A stretch of 63,703 bases of DNA, counting the filler, from Chiloscyllium plagiosum (taxonomy: Eukaryota), in the NCBI RefSeq assembly GCF_004010195.1. It is 3 parts of one record of this genome, joined end to end, with 100 filler letters (N's around TTAATTAATTAA, not from the genome) between each part and the next. Parts side by side here need not be neighbours in the genome. Positions count along the whole stretch, not along the records: positions 33,864 to 63,703 come from NC_057712.1; 2 more parts are not named here. The stretch is one strand, 5' to 3'. Under the pieces are notes generated by a model. It did no database searches, was not told the origin of the DNA, and worked only from the letters and a program-made list of their open reading frames with translations. The stretch's first letter is position 1. Every line of letters starts with the position of its first letter. Of the stretch, positions 38,941 to 52,477 are shown one piece after another. A program made the position numbers and the translations under genes.

Positions 38941-40639
38941 AATTTGGCTCAATGTCACAACAGCGTGGTTGTCTCTCAACTACCTTCTGGGCAATTAGGA
39001 ATGGGCAATAAATGCTGGCCTTCCCAGTGATGCCCTCATCTCGTGAATGAATAAGCAAGGTGCTGTGGGGAAAGACCACCTTGTAAGGTCCGTCTGCTGA
39101 AGGATAAAGGTGACCCATTCAGTAATTGGGTCCTGCTGTCACTTCAGCTCTAGGTCAAGAGGTTGGCAGTAAATATAGAGGATGGCGGACAGCAAAGACT
39201 TAATTTGTCATCTGTAAGTTAAAAAAGAGTATAGATCAGAGCAGATTCATAAACTGTCCATGTGCCAAAGATTTATTTTCTACGAATAAAGCATATTTTT
39301 GAAATAAAAAATAATGAATAAGAACAAAGCAGTCTGCTGAGCAACCTGCATTTGAAACGCTGGAATAGGACAAGCCAAAAGATGGCTTTGGGGTGTGAGG
39401 AACTGTCCTTTTTGACATGGCTTAAGATACTTATGCTTAACCCACACAAGTGGGCACAGCATGTATAGAATTACTCAAAGCCATACAGGAACACTAAAGG
39501 TAACAGGCGTCATAATAAAACAAAAATTCAATACTGGAACCAGCTGGCATGCAGCAATTTGGTAACAAGTGGGCATTGAATTGCCTGCATCATATTAAAC
39601 ATGCGTGGGGTCATCACTGATCACTGTCCCTGTACACGATTTTGGAAGCTGTCTAACTTAAGCCCTCTGGTCATGTATTGAGAGAGTACTGGATGCCCAT
39701 TTTTGTAAACATAATTAAAAGCACAGGTTAGACCATGAATTGAGCATTGATAAAGTTAAATGATTTGGATTGAATTTCAATTTAAAAGCCCTGTGGTATC
39801 TGATTCCAAGCAATAAAACTACTTTCAACTTGGCTTTGATCCATGCAAACAGGGAAACTGCATTGAAACAGGTTGAAAGAGCTGATAGAGCTGGTATTTG
39901 TTTTGCACTTTGTTGCAAGTATTGCTAATAACATCAAGCCAAACTGAATTAAGTTAACTGTGACTCAATGCTATTTTAAGTGTTTATGTGGAGGCAAAAT
40001 GAACTTAATTGAAAGAAACTGTAGCCCAGGGATCAGACATATCTTTCAATATTCAGTTGACTGTCACTGTTGTAAACTAAGTTCAGGAGTTTGAATTTCA
40101 TGCTTCCACATCTGTATGATATAGAACCTGATGAGAAATTAAAAATAAACTAGCTTTTCATTTGACATCCATGGGATGTTTTAGAAGGAAACCTTTTTTG
40201 AGTGGAGGTCGTCTCTTCAGAGACATTTGAAGCATTAATTTTCAGCAGCAGGTAGTCGGTGCATCAGATATCGCAGTTAAATTTCAGCCAGGTAGATTTC
40301 AGTTAAAGTGAGCCTGTGCAAACAGGCAGCTACCACAAAATTAGCTTCACTAAAATTCATATCTCATTGGTGATGATAAAGTACATGTACACTTGTAGAA
40401 CACAACAAAACAAGACTAGTCAGCTATGTATCAAATAGTGGCACACTTGCTTCTGAATCATAACACTGGGTTAAATTCCTATTTCAAAGTTGAAGTATAA
40501 AAGACAAGCTGGCAATCCACTCCAACACCAATGGACTTCAGCAATATTGGAGCTGAGATGTTGAACCAATCCCTAGCGTCTGCTTGTGTGATTGATAAAG
40601 GTCCCATGATACTTCCTCAAAGAAAAGAGAAAGGAAGAG

Positions 40640-43600
40640 GGGAGAGGAACAAAGCTTTAGTCATCGAGAACTCCATAGTTAGGGGGACATATAGGAGGTT
40701 CTGTGGGATTGACAGAGACTCACAGTTGGGGTGTTGCCTCCCAGGTGCCAGGGTTCGTGATGTCTCTGATCATGTTTTCAGGATCCTTGAGGGGAAGGGG
40801 AACAACCCCAAATTGTGGTCTACATCGGCACCAATGACATAGGTAGGAAGAGAAATGGGGATTTAAGGCAAAAATTCAGGGAGTTAGGGTAGAAGCTGAG
40901 TACAAGAACAAACAGAGTTGTTGTCTCTGGATCGTTGCCCGTGCCACATGCTGGCAAGGTGAGGAATATGGAGAGAGAGGAATTGAACACGTGGCTACAG
41001 GGATGGTGCAGGAGGCAGGGTTTCGGATATCTGGATAATTGCAGCTCATTCTGGGGTAGGTGGGACCTCTACAAACAGGATGGTCTACACCTGAACCAGA
41101 GGGGTACCAATATCCTGGGTGGGGGAAATTTGCTAATGCTCTTCGGGAGGGTTTAAACTAATTCAGCAGGGGGATGGGAACCTGAATTGTAGTTCCAGTG
41201 TACAGGGGGTTGAGAGTAGTGAGGTCAGAAATAAGGTTTCAAGGTCATAGGAGTAGACTGGCAAGCAAGAAGGTGGTTTGAAGTGTGTCTACTTCAACAC
41301 CAGGAGCATCTGGAATAAGGTGGGTGAACTTGCAAGATGGGTTGGTACTTGGACTTCAATGTTGTGGCCATTTCAGAGACATGGATAGAGCAGGAACAGG
41401 AATGGTTGTTGCAGGTTCCGGGATTTAGATGTTTCAGTAAGAACAGAGAAGGTGGTAAAAGAGGGGGAGGTGTGGCACTGTCAGTCAAGGACAGTATTAC
41501 GGTGGCAGAAAGGATGTTTAATGACCTGTCTACTGAGGTAGTATGGGCTGAGGTTAGAAATAAGAAAGGAGAAGTCACCCTGTTGGGAGTTTTCTATCGG
41601 CCTCTGAATATTTCCAAAGATGTAGAGGAAAGGATAACAAAGATGATTCTGGATAGGAGTGAGAGTAACAGGGTAGGTGTTATGGGGGGCTTTAACTTTC
41701 CAAATGTTGGCTGGAAATACTACAGTTTGAGTACTTTAAATGGATCAATTTTTGTCAGCCAGACCCAGACAGGCCAACAAGGGGCGAGGCCACATTTGGT
41801 TCATTACCCATTTATGAACCTGGCCTGGTGTTAGATTTGGAGGTAGGTGAGCACTTTAGCGATAGAGACTACAATTTGGTTATGTTCACTTTAATGATAG
41901 AAAGGGATGGGTATATACAGCCAGGGCAAAAGTTATAGCTGGGGGAAAGGCAATTATGATACAATTAGACAAGATTTAGGATGCATAGGATGGGGATGGA
42001 AACTGCAGGGGATGGGCACAATTGAAATGTGGAGCTTATTCAAGAAACAGCTACTGAGTGTTCTTAATAAGTACATACTTGTCAGACAAGGAGGAAGTGG
42101 TCAAGCGAGGGAGCCGTGGTTTACTAGGGAAGTTGAATCTCTTGTCAAGAGGAAGAAGGAGGCTTATATTAGGATCAGATGTGAAGGCTCAGTTAGGGCG
42201 CTTGAGAATTACAAGTTAGCCAGGAAAAACCTAAAGAGAGAGCTATGAAGAGCCCCAGGAGGGAACATGAGAAGTTGTTGGTGGATAGGATCAAGGAAAA
42301 CCCTAAAACATTTGACAGGTATATCAGGAATAAAAGAATGACTAGAGTAAGATTAGGGCCAATCAAGGATAGTAGTGGGAAGTTGTGCGTGAGGTCCGAG
42401 AAGATAGGGGAAGCGCTAAATGAATACTTTTTGTCAGTATTCACACTGGAAAAAGACAATGTCGTTGAGGACAATGCTGTATCACAGGCTACTAAGCTCG
42501 GTGGGATTGAGGCTCACAAGGAGGAGGTGTTAGCAATTCTGGAATGTGTGAAAATAGATAAATTCCCTGGGCCAATGGGGGTTAATCCTAGGATTCCCTG
42601 GGAAGCCAGGAAAGAAATTGCAGAGCCTTTGGCTTTGATCTTTATGTCATCATTGTCTACAGGAATAGTGCCAGAAGACTGGAGAATAGCAAATGTTGTT
42701 CCCTTGTTCGAGAAGGGGAGTAGAGACCACCCTGGAAATTATTGACCAGTGAGCCTTACTTCAGTTGTGGGTAAAGTGTTGGAAAAGGTTTTAAGAAATA
42801 GGATTTATAATCACCTTGAGAGGAATAAGTTGATTAGGGATAGTCAACATGATTTTGTGAAGACTAGGTTATGCCTCACAAATCTTATTGAGTTCTTTGA
42901 GAAGGTGACCAAACAGGTAGATGAGGGTAAAACAGTTGATGTGGTGTATATGGATCTCAGTAAGGCTTTTGATAAGGTTCCCCAAAGTAGGCTATTGCAC
43001 AAAATATGGAGGCATGGGATTGAGAGTGATTTAGTGTTTTGGATCAGAAATTGGCTAGCTGAAAGAAGACAGAGGGTGGTGGTTGATGGAAAATATTTAA
43101 CCTGGAGTTCAGTTACTAGTGGTGTACCGCAAGGATCTGTTTTGGGGCCACTGCTGTTTGTCATTTTTATAAATGACCTGGATGAGGACGGGAGAAGGAT
43201 AGGTTAGTTAGTTTGTGGATGACACTAAAATTTGTGGAGTTGTGGATAGTGCCGTAGGATTTTACAGGTTGCAGAGGGACACAGGTAAGCTGCAGAGCTG
43301 GGCTGAGAGGTGGCAAATGGAGTTTAATGTGGAAAAGTGTGAGGTGATTCACTTTGGAAGGAGCAACAGGAATGCAGACTGCTGGGCTAATGTAAGATTC
43401 TTGGTAGGGCAGATAAGCAGAGAGCTCTCGGTGTTCATGTACATAGATCCCTGAAAGTTGCTATCCAGGTTGATAGGGTTGTTAAGAAGGTATACGGTGT
43501 GTTAGCTTTTATTGGTAGAGGGATTGAGTTTCAGAGCCACAAGGTCATGCTGCAGCTGTAAAAAAAAAACTCTGGTGCGGCCACACTTGGAGTATTGTGT

Positions 43601-44090
43601 ACAGTTCTGGTCACAGCATTATGTGGAAGCTTTGGAAAGGGTTCAGAGGAGATTTACTCAGATGTTGCTTGGTATGGAGGGAAGGTCTTACAAGGAAGGG
43701 CTGAGGGACTTGAGGCTGTTCTTGTTAGAGAGAAGAAGGTTGAGAGGTGACTTAACTGAGACATATAAGATAATCAGAGGGTTAGATAGGGTGGACAATG
43801 AGCACCTTTTTCCTCAGATGGTGATGGCTAGCACGAGGGGACATAGCTTTAAATTGAGAGGTGATAGATATAGGACAGATGTCAGAGGTAGTTTCTTTAA
43901 GGGCAAGGAACATCCTGCCTGCAACAGCAGTAGACTCACCAACTTTAACAGCATTTAAATGGTCATTGGACAGACGTATGGATGAAAATGGAATAGTGTC
44001 GGTTCGATGGGCTTCAGATTGGTTTCACAGGTCGGTGCAACGTCAAGGGCTGAAGGGCCTGTACTGCTCTGTAATGGTCTATGTTCTACG
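40640..44090 (+). mobile_element. Near full-length decayed CR1 LINE: ORF1 SGNH-esterase domain, ORF2 AP-endonuclease + RT, 3' tail
   Basis: ALVIENSIVRG..CCLPGARVRDV..DGLHLNQRG (esterase); VAISETW, GGGVAL, GVFYRP (APE); [30 protein letters not shown] (RT); multiple stops and frameshifts. Confidence 0.95.
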
Positions 44091-45169
44091 TTATCCTTGG
44101 CAATATTGATCCTTCAGTTAATGCCAGTCCAGATTAGTACATGACAGATCATACTCAACCAATCCACTCTTACAAAACCCAAAACAAGTGTCTAATATTA
44201 AGTATAACTTTTTTTCACTTAAGAAACACTTGCCAAAACAATCATGAGTTTGCTAATTGTTACAGTAACAATCTATTTCAGGATGTTACTTGAGTTTATG
44301 AAACGGCTTGCTAGAAAAAACACAGATTCTCACATAGGAGCCTGTTCTATGAAACGAAAAGGAATATTTTCAAGTCTTGCACCTTTTATGAATAGCCCAG
44401 AAACATATGATCTCTTTATTCCTACTCCTTGTAACTCCATCTCCCCCAACCCCGTCCCCTTGCTTTCTTCATTGCAATGTCTCACCCAATCAGAGCCAAA
44501 AATCAGCACCCCTTTCCTCTTGTAGTGTGAATTGCTATGGTCATTTACAATTTGACATTCTTGCATTTTCTCTGAGTGTTCAAGATGAATATCTTCGGTA
44601 ATATGAATACCTTTTTGCAATATTTCAGTTCTGTACTGTCAAACAACTGCTTGTATGACTGAAAAAAAGCCGTTGAGGGGTTAAGATGATACTATACACA
44701 AGAAAGGTCAATTTATATTTCTATTACAGTACTTTCTGAAGGCTGAGTTGAGATTTTAATCATTCCAATCATTCTCAACCAGTATTTACATTTTGTAGCA
44801 CTATATCAAGCAATGTTATTTAAGACATGCATGAAGTTCTCTTTGTGAATTTCTATTACTATCTACACAAAAGCAGTTTTATCAACAGTAGAAATAATGA
44901 CCATTATCAGTGACCAAGGGGTTGAACTAATTTATTGGGTTATTATAATCGTACTGTAACATTGTATTGTGGTGTAAATGCATATTGTGACTTTTCCTTT
45001 TTTTTGGATTCTTAGAATTCATGTTGGTTGCTACATTTGCTATACACATAATTTCTTGCTTTCAGTGCACATAAGTTACAGACTAAATATCACTCTATCA
45101 TGTTTCCAAAATCAAAACCAATTGTTGGCTCAAATAATGTTAAATGTCAACTGGTTGCCTGCAGTGTGA

Positions 45170-46700
45170 GTGCACAGGAGGAGAACAGTGGAAGCATTCA
45201 AAAAATACATGGGGAGAGCACAGACCCAACACATTCCCTTCAGGGTGATATGTGGGAGCAACAAGCCCAGAGAACCCTGGATGTCTATGAATATTCAGAA
45301 CTGGATACGAAGGAAAAGAGAGGCCATTGGCAGATAGAAAGGGAGCAAATAAACGTATAGTATAGAATATGCAAGACAAACTTAAGAAAGCATTCAGAAG
45401 AGCAAAGAGGGTTCATAAGAAAATGCTGGTGTGAAAGATTAGATTACTTACAGTGTGGAAACAGGCCCTTTGTCCCAACAAGTCCACAGAGCAACCCATC
45501 CCCCTACATTTACCCCTTCACCTAACACTACGGGCAATGTAGCATGGCCAATTCACCTAACCTGCACATCTTTGGACTATGGAGGAAACCAGAGCACCCG
45601 GAGGAAACCCACGCAGACACGGGGAGAATGTGTAAACTCCACACAGACAGTCACCCGAGGCGGGAATTGAACACGGGTCTCTGGCGCTGCGAGGCAGCAG
45701 TGCTAACCACTGAGCCACCAGTGAGGGTGGAAAGAATCCCAAGATATTCTGTAACTACATCAAGGAGAATAGCATACCTAGGGGAAGAGTAGGGGCCATA
45801 AGGGACCAAAGAGGCAATCTGTTTGTGGATGATATTAGTAGGGTGTGAATTGATTACTTCACATCTGTCTTCACTTTAGAAAAGAAGAATGTGGACACAG
45901 AATTTGTGAAGAAAGAGGTTCTTGAACAGATTGAAGTTGGGAGTGAGGAGCTTTGGAGGTTTTGGTGGGCTTAAAAGTGGACAAATCCCCAGGTCCAGAT
46001 GAGCTGTATTGCAGGTAGTTACAGGAAACGGGGGAGAACATTACATGCTTTTTGACCCAGTTTTTAAAATTCCTGTCTGGCCACAGAGGAGCGGACAGAG
46101 GATTGGAGGACACTTAATATGGTTCCACTTTATAAAAAGGGTGGTAAAGATTAACCAGGGAATTACAGACCGGTGAGTCTCACATCAGTAATAGGAAGGT
46201 TAATGAAAATTCTGACAGGAAGTATTAATCTGTACTTAGAGAGGCAAGATTTAATCAGGGATAGCCAGTGTGGCTTTATCACAGAGAGGTCATACATAAC
46301 AAATTTGAATTTTTAAAGTTGGTGACCAGGTATGTTGATGAGGGTAATGCAGTTGGTGTAGTTTACATGGATTTCATGGCATTCAGGATAATTTGGTAAG
46401 ATGAATCCAAAATTGGCTTAAACATAGAAGACAGGGAGGTGATAGAAGCCTATTTGTGTGACTGGAGGCTGGTGAATCAGTGCTGGACCCCTTATTATTC
46501 ATGATATATGCAAATTATATAGATGAAAAATGATAGATATGTTTGTGGATGACAGAATGATTGGCCAGGTGTTGATAGTGAGGAAGGTGATGTTAGTTTC
46601 CTGGAAGATGTAGATATAGGCAGATGAAAACTAACTCTGAGAAGTTTGAGGTGATGAATTTTGGAAGAAGTAACCAAACAAGGGAGTACTCAATGAATGC
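45170..46700 (+). mobile_element. Old decayed CR1 ORF2, interrupted by HE1 SINE
   Basis: aaagtggacaaatccccaggtccagatg (KVDKSPGPD), ccagggaattacagaccggtgagtctcacatcagta (PGNYRPVSLTSV). Confidence 0.8.
45440..45720 (-). mobile_element. HE1-type SINE
   Basis: Reverse complement of the HE1 copies in this window. Confidence 0.9.
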
Positions 46701-47368
46701 TGAAAAATGTGTTGCTGGAAAAGCGCACTAGGTCAGGCAGCATCCAAGGAGCAGGAGAATCGACGCTTCGGGTATAAGCCCTTCTTCATTCCTGAATGAC
46801 AGGGGGGTTCTGTCCGTGTTATGGTTGGAGGGGTGGGGTCTGAGGGCGGAGGTGCGGGATATGGACGAGATGCGTTGGAGGGCATCTTTAACCACGTGGG
46901 AAGGGAAATTGCGGTCTCCAAAGAAGGAGGCCATCTGGTGTGTTCTGTGGTGGAACCGGTTCTCCTGGGAGCAGATACGGTGGAGGCGGAGGAATTGGGA
47001 ATACGGGATGGCATTTTTGCAAGAGGTAGGGTGGGAAGAGGTGTAATCCAGGTAGCTGTGGGAGTCGGTGGGTTTGTAAAAAATGTCAGTGTCAAGTCGG
47101 TCGTCATTAATGGAGATGGAGAGGTCCAGGAAGGGGATGGAGGTGTCAGAGATGGTCCAGGTAAATTTAAGGACAGGGTGGAATGTGTTGGTGAAGTTGA
47201 TGAATTCCTCAACCTCCTCGCGGGAGCATGAGGTGGCACCAATGCAGTCATCAATGTAGCAGAGGAAGAGGTGGGGAGTGGTGCCGGCGTAATTACGGAA
47301 GATCAACTGCTCTACATAGCCAACAAAGAGACAGGCATAGCTGGGGCCCATACATGTGCCCATGGCTA
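46700..47368 (-). mobile_element. Penelope-like element family 1: RT fragment fused directly to 3' tail (endonuclease region deleted)
   Basis: VAMGTCMGPSYACLFVGYVE..YIDDCIG..FLDLSI..FYKPTDSHSYLDYTSSHP..AIPYSQFLRLHRICS are PLE RT/thumb motifs. Confidence 0.92.
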
Positions 47369-47784
47369 CAGACCAAAGGGGTCTGTAAACTTCAGTTGTT
47401 TGAAATCCATGCATTGCAACTCTGGCCTCCTCAACATTACAATTTGTATACACCACCAATGTTGGCCATGCCATCAGTGATATAAGCCTGAAGCTCTGGA
47501 ACTCAGTCCTGAAAAAAACTACCTTGTCTCTCTTTCCTTCTTTTTGATCAAGAGTTTGGTCACCAATGTAAGTATCACTTTGTGTGTCTTGGTATCAAAT
47601 TTTATACGTAAAAGATCTTGGACTGTGATTTCATGTGCTGTTGTCTAAAGGATTCTGAGTACAGAAGTTGATTAATGACACCAGCAATGTTAAAGTAGGA
47701 GTTGTTTTTATTAATTCATTCACTAGACCAGCACTTATTGCCCATCCCCAATTGCTCAGAGGGAAGCTATGAACCAAAGACATT

Positions 47785-48312
47785 GGTTAGGCCACTTTTG
47801 GAATATTTGTGTGCAATTCTGATCTCCCTGTCATAGGAAGAATGTTGTGATACTTGAAAGGGTTCAGAAAAAATTTACAAGGATGTTGCCAGGGTTGGAG
47901 GGCTTGAGCTAAGCGGTGAGGCTGAATAGACTGGGACTATTTTCTCTGGAGCGTCAGAGGCAGAAGGGTGACTTTATAGAGGTTTATAAAATCATGTGGG
48001 GCATGGTTAGGATGAATAGCCAAAGTTTTTTTCTCCTGGGGTGGGGGAGTCCAAAACTAGAGGTTACACATTTATGGTGAGGGGGGAAGATATAAAAGGA
48101 ACCTAAAGACCAATGTTTTCATGCATGAATGGTGGTGCGTGAATGGAATGAGCTGCCAGAGGAAGTGGTGGAGGCTGGCTACAGCATTTAAAAGGCATCT
48201 TCCTATGAATACAAAGGGTTTAGAGAGATATGGGCCAAATGCTGACAAATGGAACTGCATTGATATTGGCGATCTGGTTGGCATGGACAAGTTGGACCAA
48301 GAGTCTGTTTCC
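47785..48312 (+). mobile_element. CR1 3' fragment
   Basis: Collinear with 62295-63050. Confidence 0.85.
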
Positions 48313-48414
48313 ATGGGGGCGTGTCAGCAGAATGCAGGTGAGTGGTGTTGGTGAGGGTGGAAGTGGTGGCAGACACGGCAGTAGGGGTGGCGGAACCATG
48401 TCCTGAAGGTGGAG

Positions 48415-49035
48415 GACAGGTTAATAGGATAGTTAAGAAGGCATACAGGATCTTGCCTTCATCAGGGAGGAGAAAGTGAGGACTGCAGATGCTGGAGATC
48501 AGAGTCGAGAGTGTGAATGCTGGAAAAGCACAGCAATACCTGAGGACCTGGAGAATCAATGTTTCGGGCATAAGACCTTCATCAGGACATGCCTTTATCA
48601 GTCACGCAGTAGAGTGGGCGGCACGGTGGCACAGTGGTTAGCACTGCTGCCTCGCACAGCAATACCTGAGGACCTGGAGAATCAATGTTTCGGGCATAAG
48701 ACCTTCATCAGGACATGCCTTTATCAGTCACGCAGTAGATTATAAGAGCAGGGAGGTAATGGTGGAGCTATACAGGACTTTGGTTAGGCCACAGCTGGTA
48801 TACTGAGTGCAGTTCTTGTTGACAAACAATGGGAAGGATGTGATTGCACAGGAGGGGGTGGAGAGTAGATCCACCAGGATACTGCCTGAGATGGAGTATT
48901 CCAGTGATAAAGAGAGGCTGCATAAGCTTGCGCTGTTCTCTTTAGAATGGGGATGGCTGAGGGAAGTCCCTTTAAAGATGTATAAGATTATGAGGGCCAT
49001 TGACAAGGTGTACAGGATAGAGTCCTTCCCCCTAA
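48415..49035 (+). mobile_element. CR1 fragment with nested PLE tail (48469-48588, minus) and 86-bp direct duplication around an HE1 head
   Basis: 48528-48613 equals 48654-48739; spacer 48614-48653 is the first ~40 nt of HE1. Confidence 0.8.
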
Positions 49036-49700
49036 ATCAAAGTGTAAAAGCTAGCACATCACAAGTAGTCTGTACCATAAAGGCACCAATGCAAGAATCA
49101 CAATTAAAATACGAATCTCCAAATAAATATCAAAAGGCCAAATAATTCAAAACATTTAAAAACTTTGATATGATAGAACTATGGAGTGGAGTATTCCCAG
49201 GCCCTCAATAATGTGGGCCGAGCAGTCCAGTGATGTCAGGAGCAATGAGTTGAATATTCCACCAGATTTCAAGATGTCAAAATATGATTCTCACCAGTGA
49301 GTGGAGAAATGCCTATTAATGGGGACTATCACTCATTATCACACTCATTAACACCAAATCTCACCACATTAATAAGCAGGTATTTATTCAATCATGTACA
49401 GAATAGAAACAGGATGCCAAGAATTTCTGATATGGAGGCAAAGCTGGTACCTGGAGATTCCAGTTGGATGTTTGCTGCTCTGGACTGTCGTTTGGACAAC
49501 TGGCACTCACATTTTAGGGTACACTCCAGGCAGTGACCTAGCACCTCATATCCATGGACACTGGCATCTGACATATGCCAGCTTCATTGCAACATCATGA
49601 TACATAGTCTGATCCATTTACTGGATGCTTCTGTACTTCAATGCTGCACTTTGGAGTGTGCCAGCAACTGTCATTGCAATGCTTCACAACACACAGGGAC

Positions 49701-50248
49701 AAGAGTCAAGATTAGAGTGGTGCTGGAAAAGCACAGCAGGTCAGGCAGAATCTGAGGAGCAGAAAAATCAATGTTTTGGGCAAAAGTCCTTCCTCAGGAA
49801 TGACACAGGGACAAGAACCCCTCTAACTCATTGGTTACTTCTTCCACAATCTGTATCTCATGACTATTTACTTGCTGTCTGAGTACCCACTCACTTAAAG
49901 CCTACCTGAATGCTCCCAGACTTTCTGCCTTGCTCTACCTTCCTCCTCAAGAAGGGTCACCTGACCTGAAACATTGACTTATCTTCACAAATGCTGCCAG
50001 ACCTACTGAGCTTTTCCAGCAGCTTCTGTTTTTGTTTCTTACCTTCCTGTGTCTCGGCCCCTCAGCCTGAGCTTAAAGTCTCTGCTGAATTATCTTGCCT
50101 TTTAGTGTGAAAAATAAGGAGTAAGTGGGGACTGCAGATGCTGGAGAGTTAGAGTCGATAAGAGTGGCACTGGAAAAGCCCAGCAGGTCAGGCGGCATCT
50201 GGGGAGCAGGAGAGTCGACCTTTCAGGCAAAAGCCCTTTATCAGGAAA
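49701..50248. mobile_element. Cluster of three solo PLE tails (49701-49803 minus, 49945-50039 plus, 50118-50248 minus) with decayed hammerhead cores
   Basis: Each carries a ctga.ga-stem-gaaa-like core plus the gatgctgcc.gacctgctg.gcttttccagc tail. Confidence 0.7.
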
Positions 50249-51154
50249 TAAACCTGGAACCTTGCCAACAGTGACCATTCAGGAAGTGGACACTGTGCTG
50301 TCCAGCTTAGTGCCATATCATTCTCACACCTGCACCATTTCCCAGCTACATACACGGCAAACACACTGTGTCTACAGGGAATATCCTCACTGCTGCCCAG
50401 GGAGGTACTCCTCAGTCAGAGGGTACCAGTACAGTAAGTCAAGGGTGATTGGCTGCAGTCAGCTCAGTCAGGATCAGGGGACCCTTACCTCTCCAATCCA
50501 ATAAGTGGGTCAGTCAGACTTATGGGTCTGGGAAGTCGTAGAAAGACAGTCAGGGACCGGTACAGCTTTCAGTTAGGGGGGCACTCACTCATCCTTAGGG
50601 GCTGACTGGCTATATCACTCATATGTTCAATGCAGTGGTCTATCCATTTAATATATAGGGAGGGGGGGTGTTATCGAGGTGGGCCGTGTTATGGCAGGGA
50701 GGCTCTAAGATACTGTGTGCCAGGCAACTCCAGAACGCCAGCCCATATCCAGCTGTGCAACTGCATTTTAAACCTGGCATTGGCACCAGGATGACAGTAT
50801 TGCCAGGATATCCTGGCAGTGATGAAAACATTTGCTACAGCAAGTGGTAGTATTGGTCAAGAGGTGTGCCATAGAAGCAGGGTAGGTAGTTAATGAGACG
50901 AGTTTGGAACAATACCATGAGAAATTTGACTAGGCTTTGTGGACCAAACACCCCTTAAACTCAACAAAAATAATACGGTCAAAACCTGGTAAAATTCAGC
51001 CCGGTGAAATTGGCTCTTTGGTAAAATAATTCAATTAATTCCAACACCTTGCTTGCCCAACCTGTACCCTGCTACAAATGTTTGTCTGTTTCTTCTATAA
51101 AAAGATCTTTGAAAGTCTTATGTTATGTTGGGAATGTCAAGATAGACAATGTCA

Positions 51155-51350
51155 GCAAAAGGAGGACCTCAGCAGATCTGGCAGCATCTGTAGAGAGACA
51201 AACAACATGAACGTTTCAAATCCAAAGATCCTCTTCAGAGTTCTGAAGGAAAGGCATAACAGACTCAAAATATTCACTCTGTTTCGTTCTCCCCAGATGC
51301 TGCTGGATCTGCTAAGTTTCTCCTGCAATTTCTGTCTGCATTGTTTTTCA
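51155..51350. mobile_element. Head-to-head PLE-tail fold-back (family 4, old)
   Basis: agcagatctggcagcatctg ... cagatgctgctggatctgct arms centred on cttcagagttctgaag. Confidence 0.65.
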
Positions 51351-52015
51351 TGACATGCCCACACTGTGGGTCAACCTACAGCCATGGACTGCAGCGGTTC
51401 AAGAAAGCAGCTCACCATCACCTTCTCAAGGGCAACTAGGGATGGGCAATAAATGCTGTTCCAGTCAGCGGCATCCACATCCCACGGGAGAATAAAAAGT
51501 TTCTAGTATCTTCTCTTAAATAATCAACATTTAATTGCAGAATCTGCTATGCCTGTCGTTGGCATTATCATATATGTGTTGCAATGTTTAATATCCAGGT
51601 ATAGTAATTATAGTTGCTAGAACAACTGTGTCTAAGTACTATGTTGACAGATGAGACCTGAAACCCAGTGTGAATTTGCCTGTAATGACAAGCCTAACGA
51701 CATCCTGATACATTCTGTAGCTATGCTGGTATGAGTAAATAAACCATGAGCGTGTTAAAAGCTTGTCTGTCTGCTTCTCGATCCCTCTCTTTCCTGTCCT
51801 CCTCCTGACTCTCCTTCTTACCCCGCAATCTTCTCTCTCTGTCCTCTCTATTGGCTCACACATTTTCCTCCTCTTTTCCTCCTTCCCCACCAGGTTCCCT
51901 TCTTGAACCAAACTCTCCTCTCAACCTCTATCCGTAATTTGCTCATCTTCTCAGCTAATTGTCTCATTTAATATCCCAAATTACATTAAGTAGTGTTGCT
52001 TTCTTTCCTTCATAG

Positions 52016-52390
52016 GATGAGAAACATAGTGCTCCAGGTGATGAGTTTGAAAGTTAACTTGACATTTGCAGCTTATTCTGTGGACAAATGATTGAGACAT
52101 TAGAATTTTATCTCAGCTTCAATCCACTAGACCTTGTTTCCAATGAATTGTTCTTGCTAGCATCTATATCAGAAACTGGACAGTGTGTTTGTGAAAAATA
52201 CTTGCTTGGAAAACCAAACAAAGGACAAATACATTTAGCCACATTTAGCAAGGACATAGATATTTACATCAAGCCCCCTGTATTTATTTCTCAGAAAACA
52301 GTGAAAACAAATGATAGATATCTGGTAGGACCCTTGCATAGATATATTTAATGTTAGTATTGAGGAGTGATAGTTAAAGCTTCCTGGCAG
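52016..52390 (+). pseudogene. Candidate decayed exon
   Basis: Strong acceptor ttgctttctttccttcatag; phase-0 frame runs ~112 codons with one TAA (DEKHSAPGDEFES*LDICSLFCGQMIETLEFYL...); donor cag/gtaaaa (alternative ctg/gtagga at 52324). Confidence 0.35.
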
Positions 52391-52477
52391 GTAAAAAATC
52401 ACACATTTCCCATCTGTTGATCATTTATGGTGTCAATCAGTTGGTGTCCCACTCAACTTGAAGAAGTGTAGCAAACT

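Noticed and set aside
42245..43958. Active LINE or domesticated RT gene
   Set aside because: ORF2 is split by several stops and frameshifts; an ordinary dead CR1 copy
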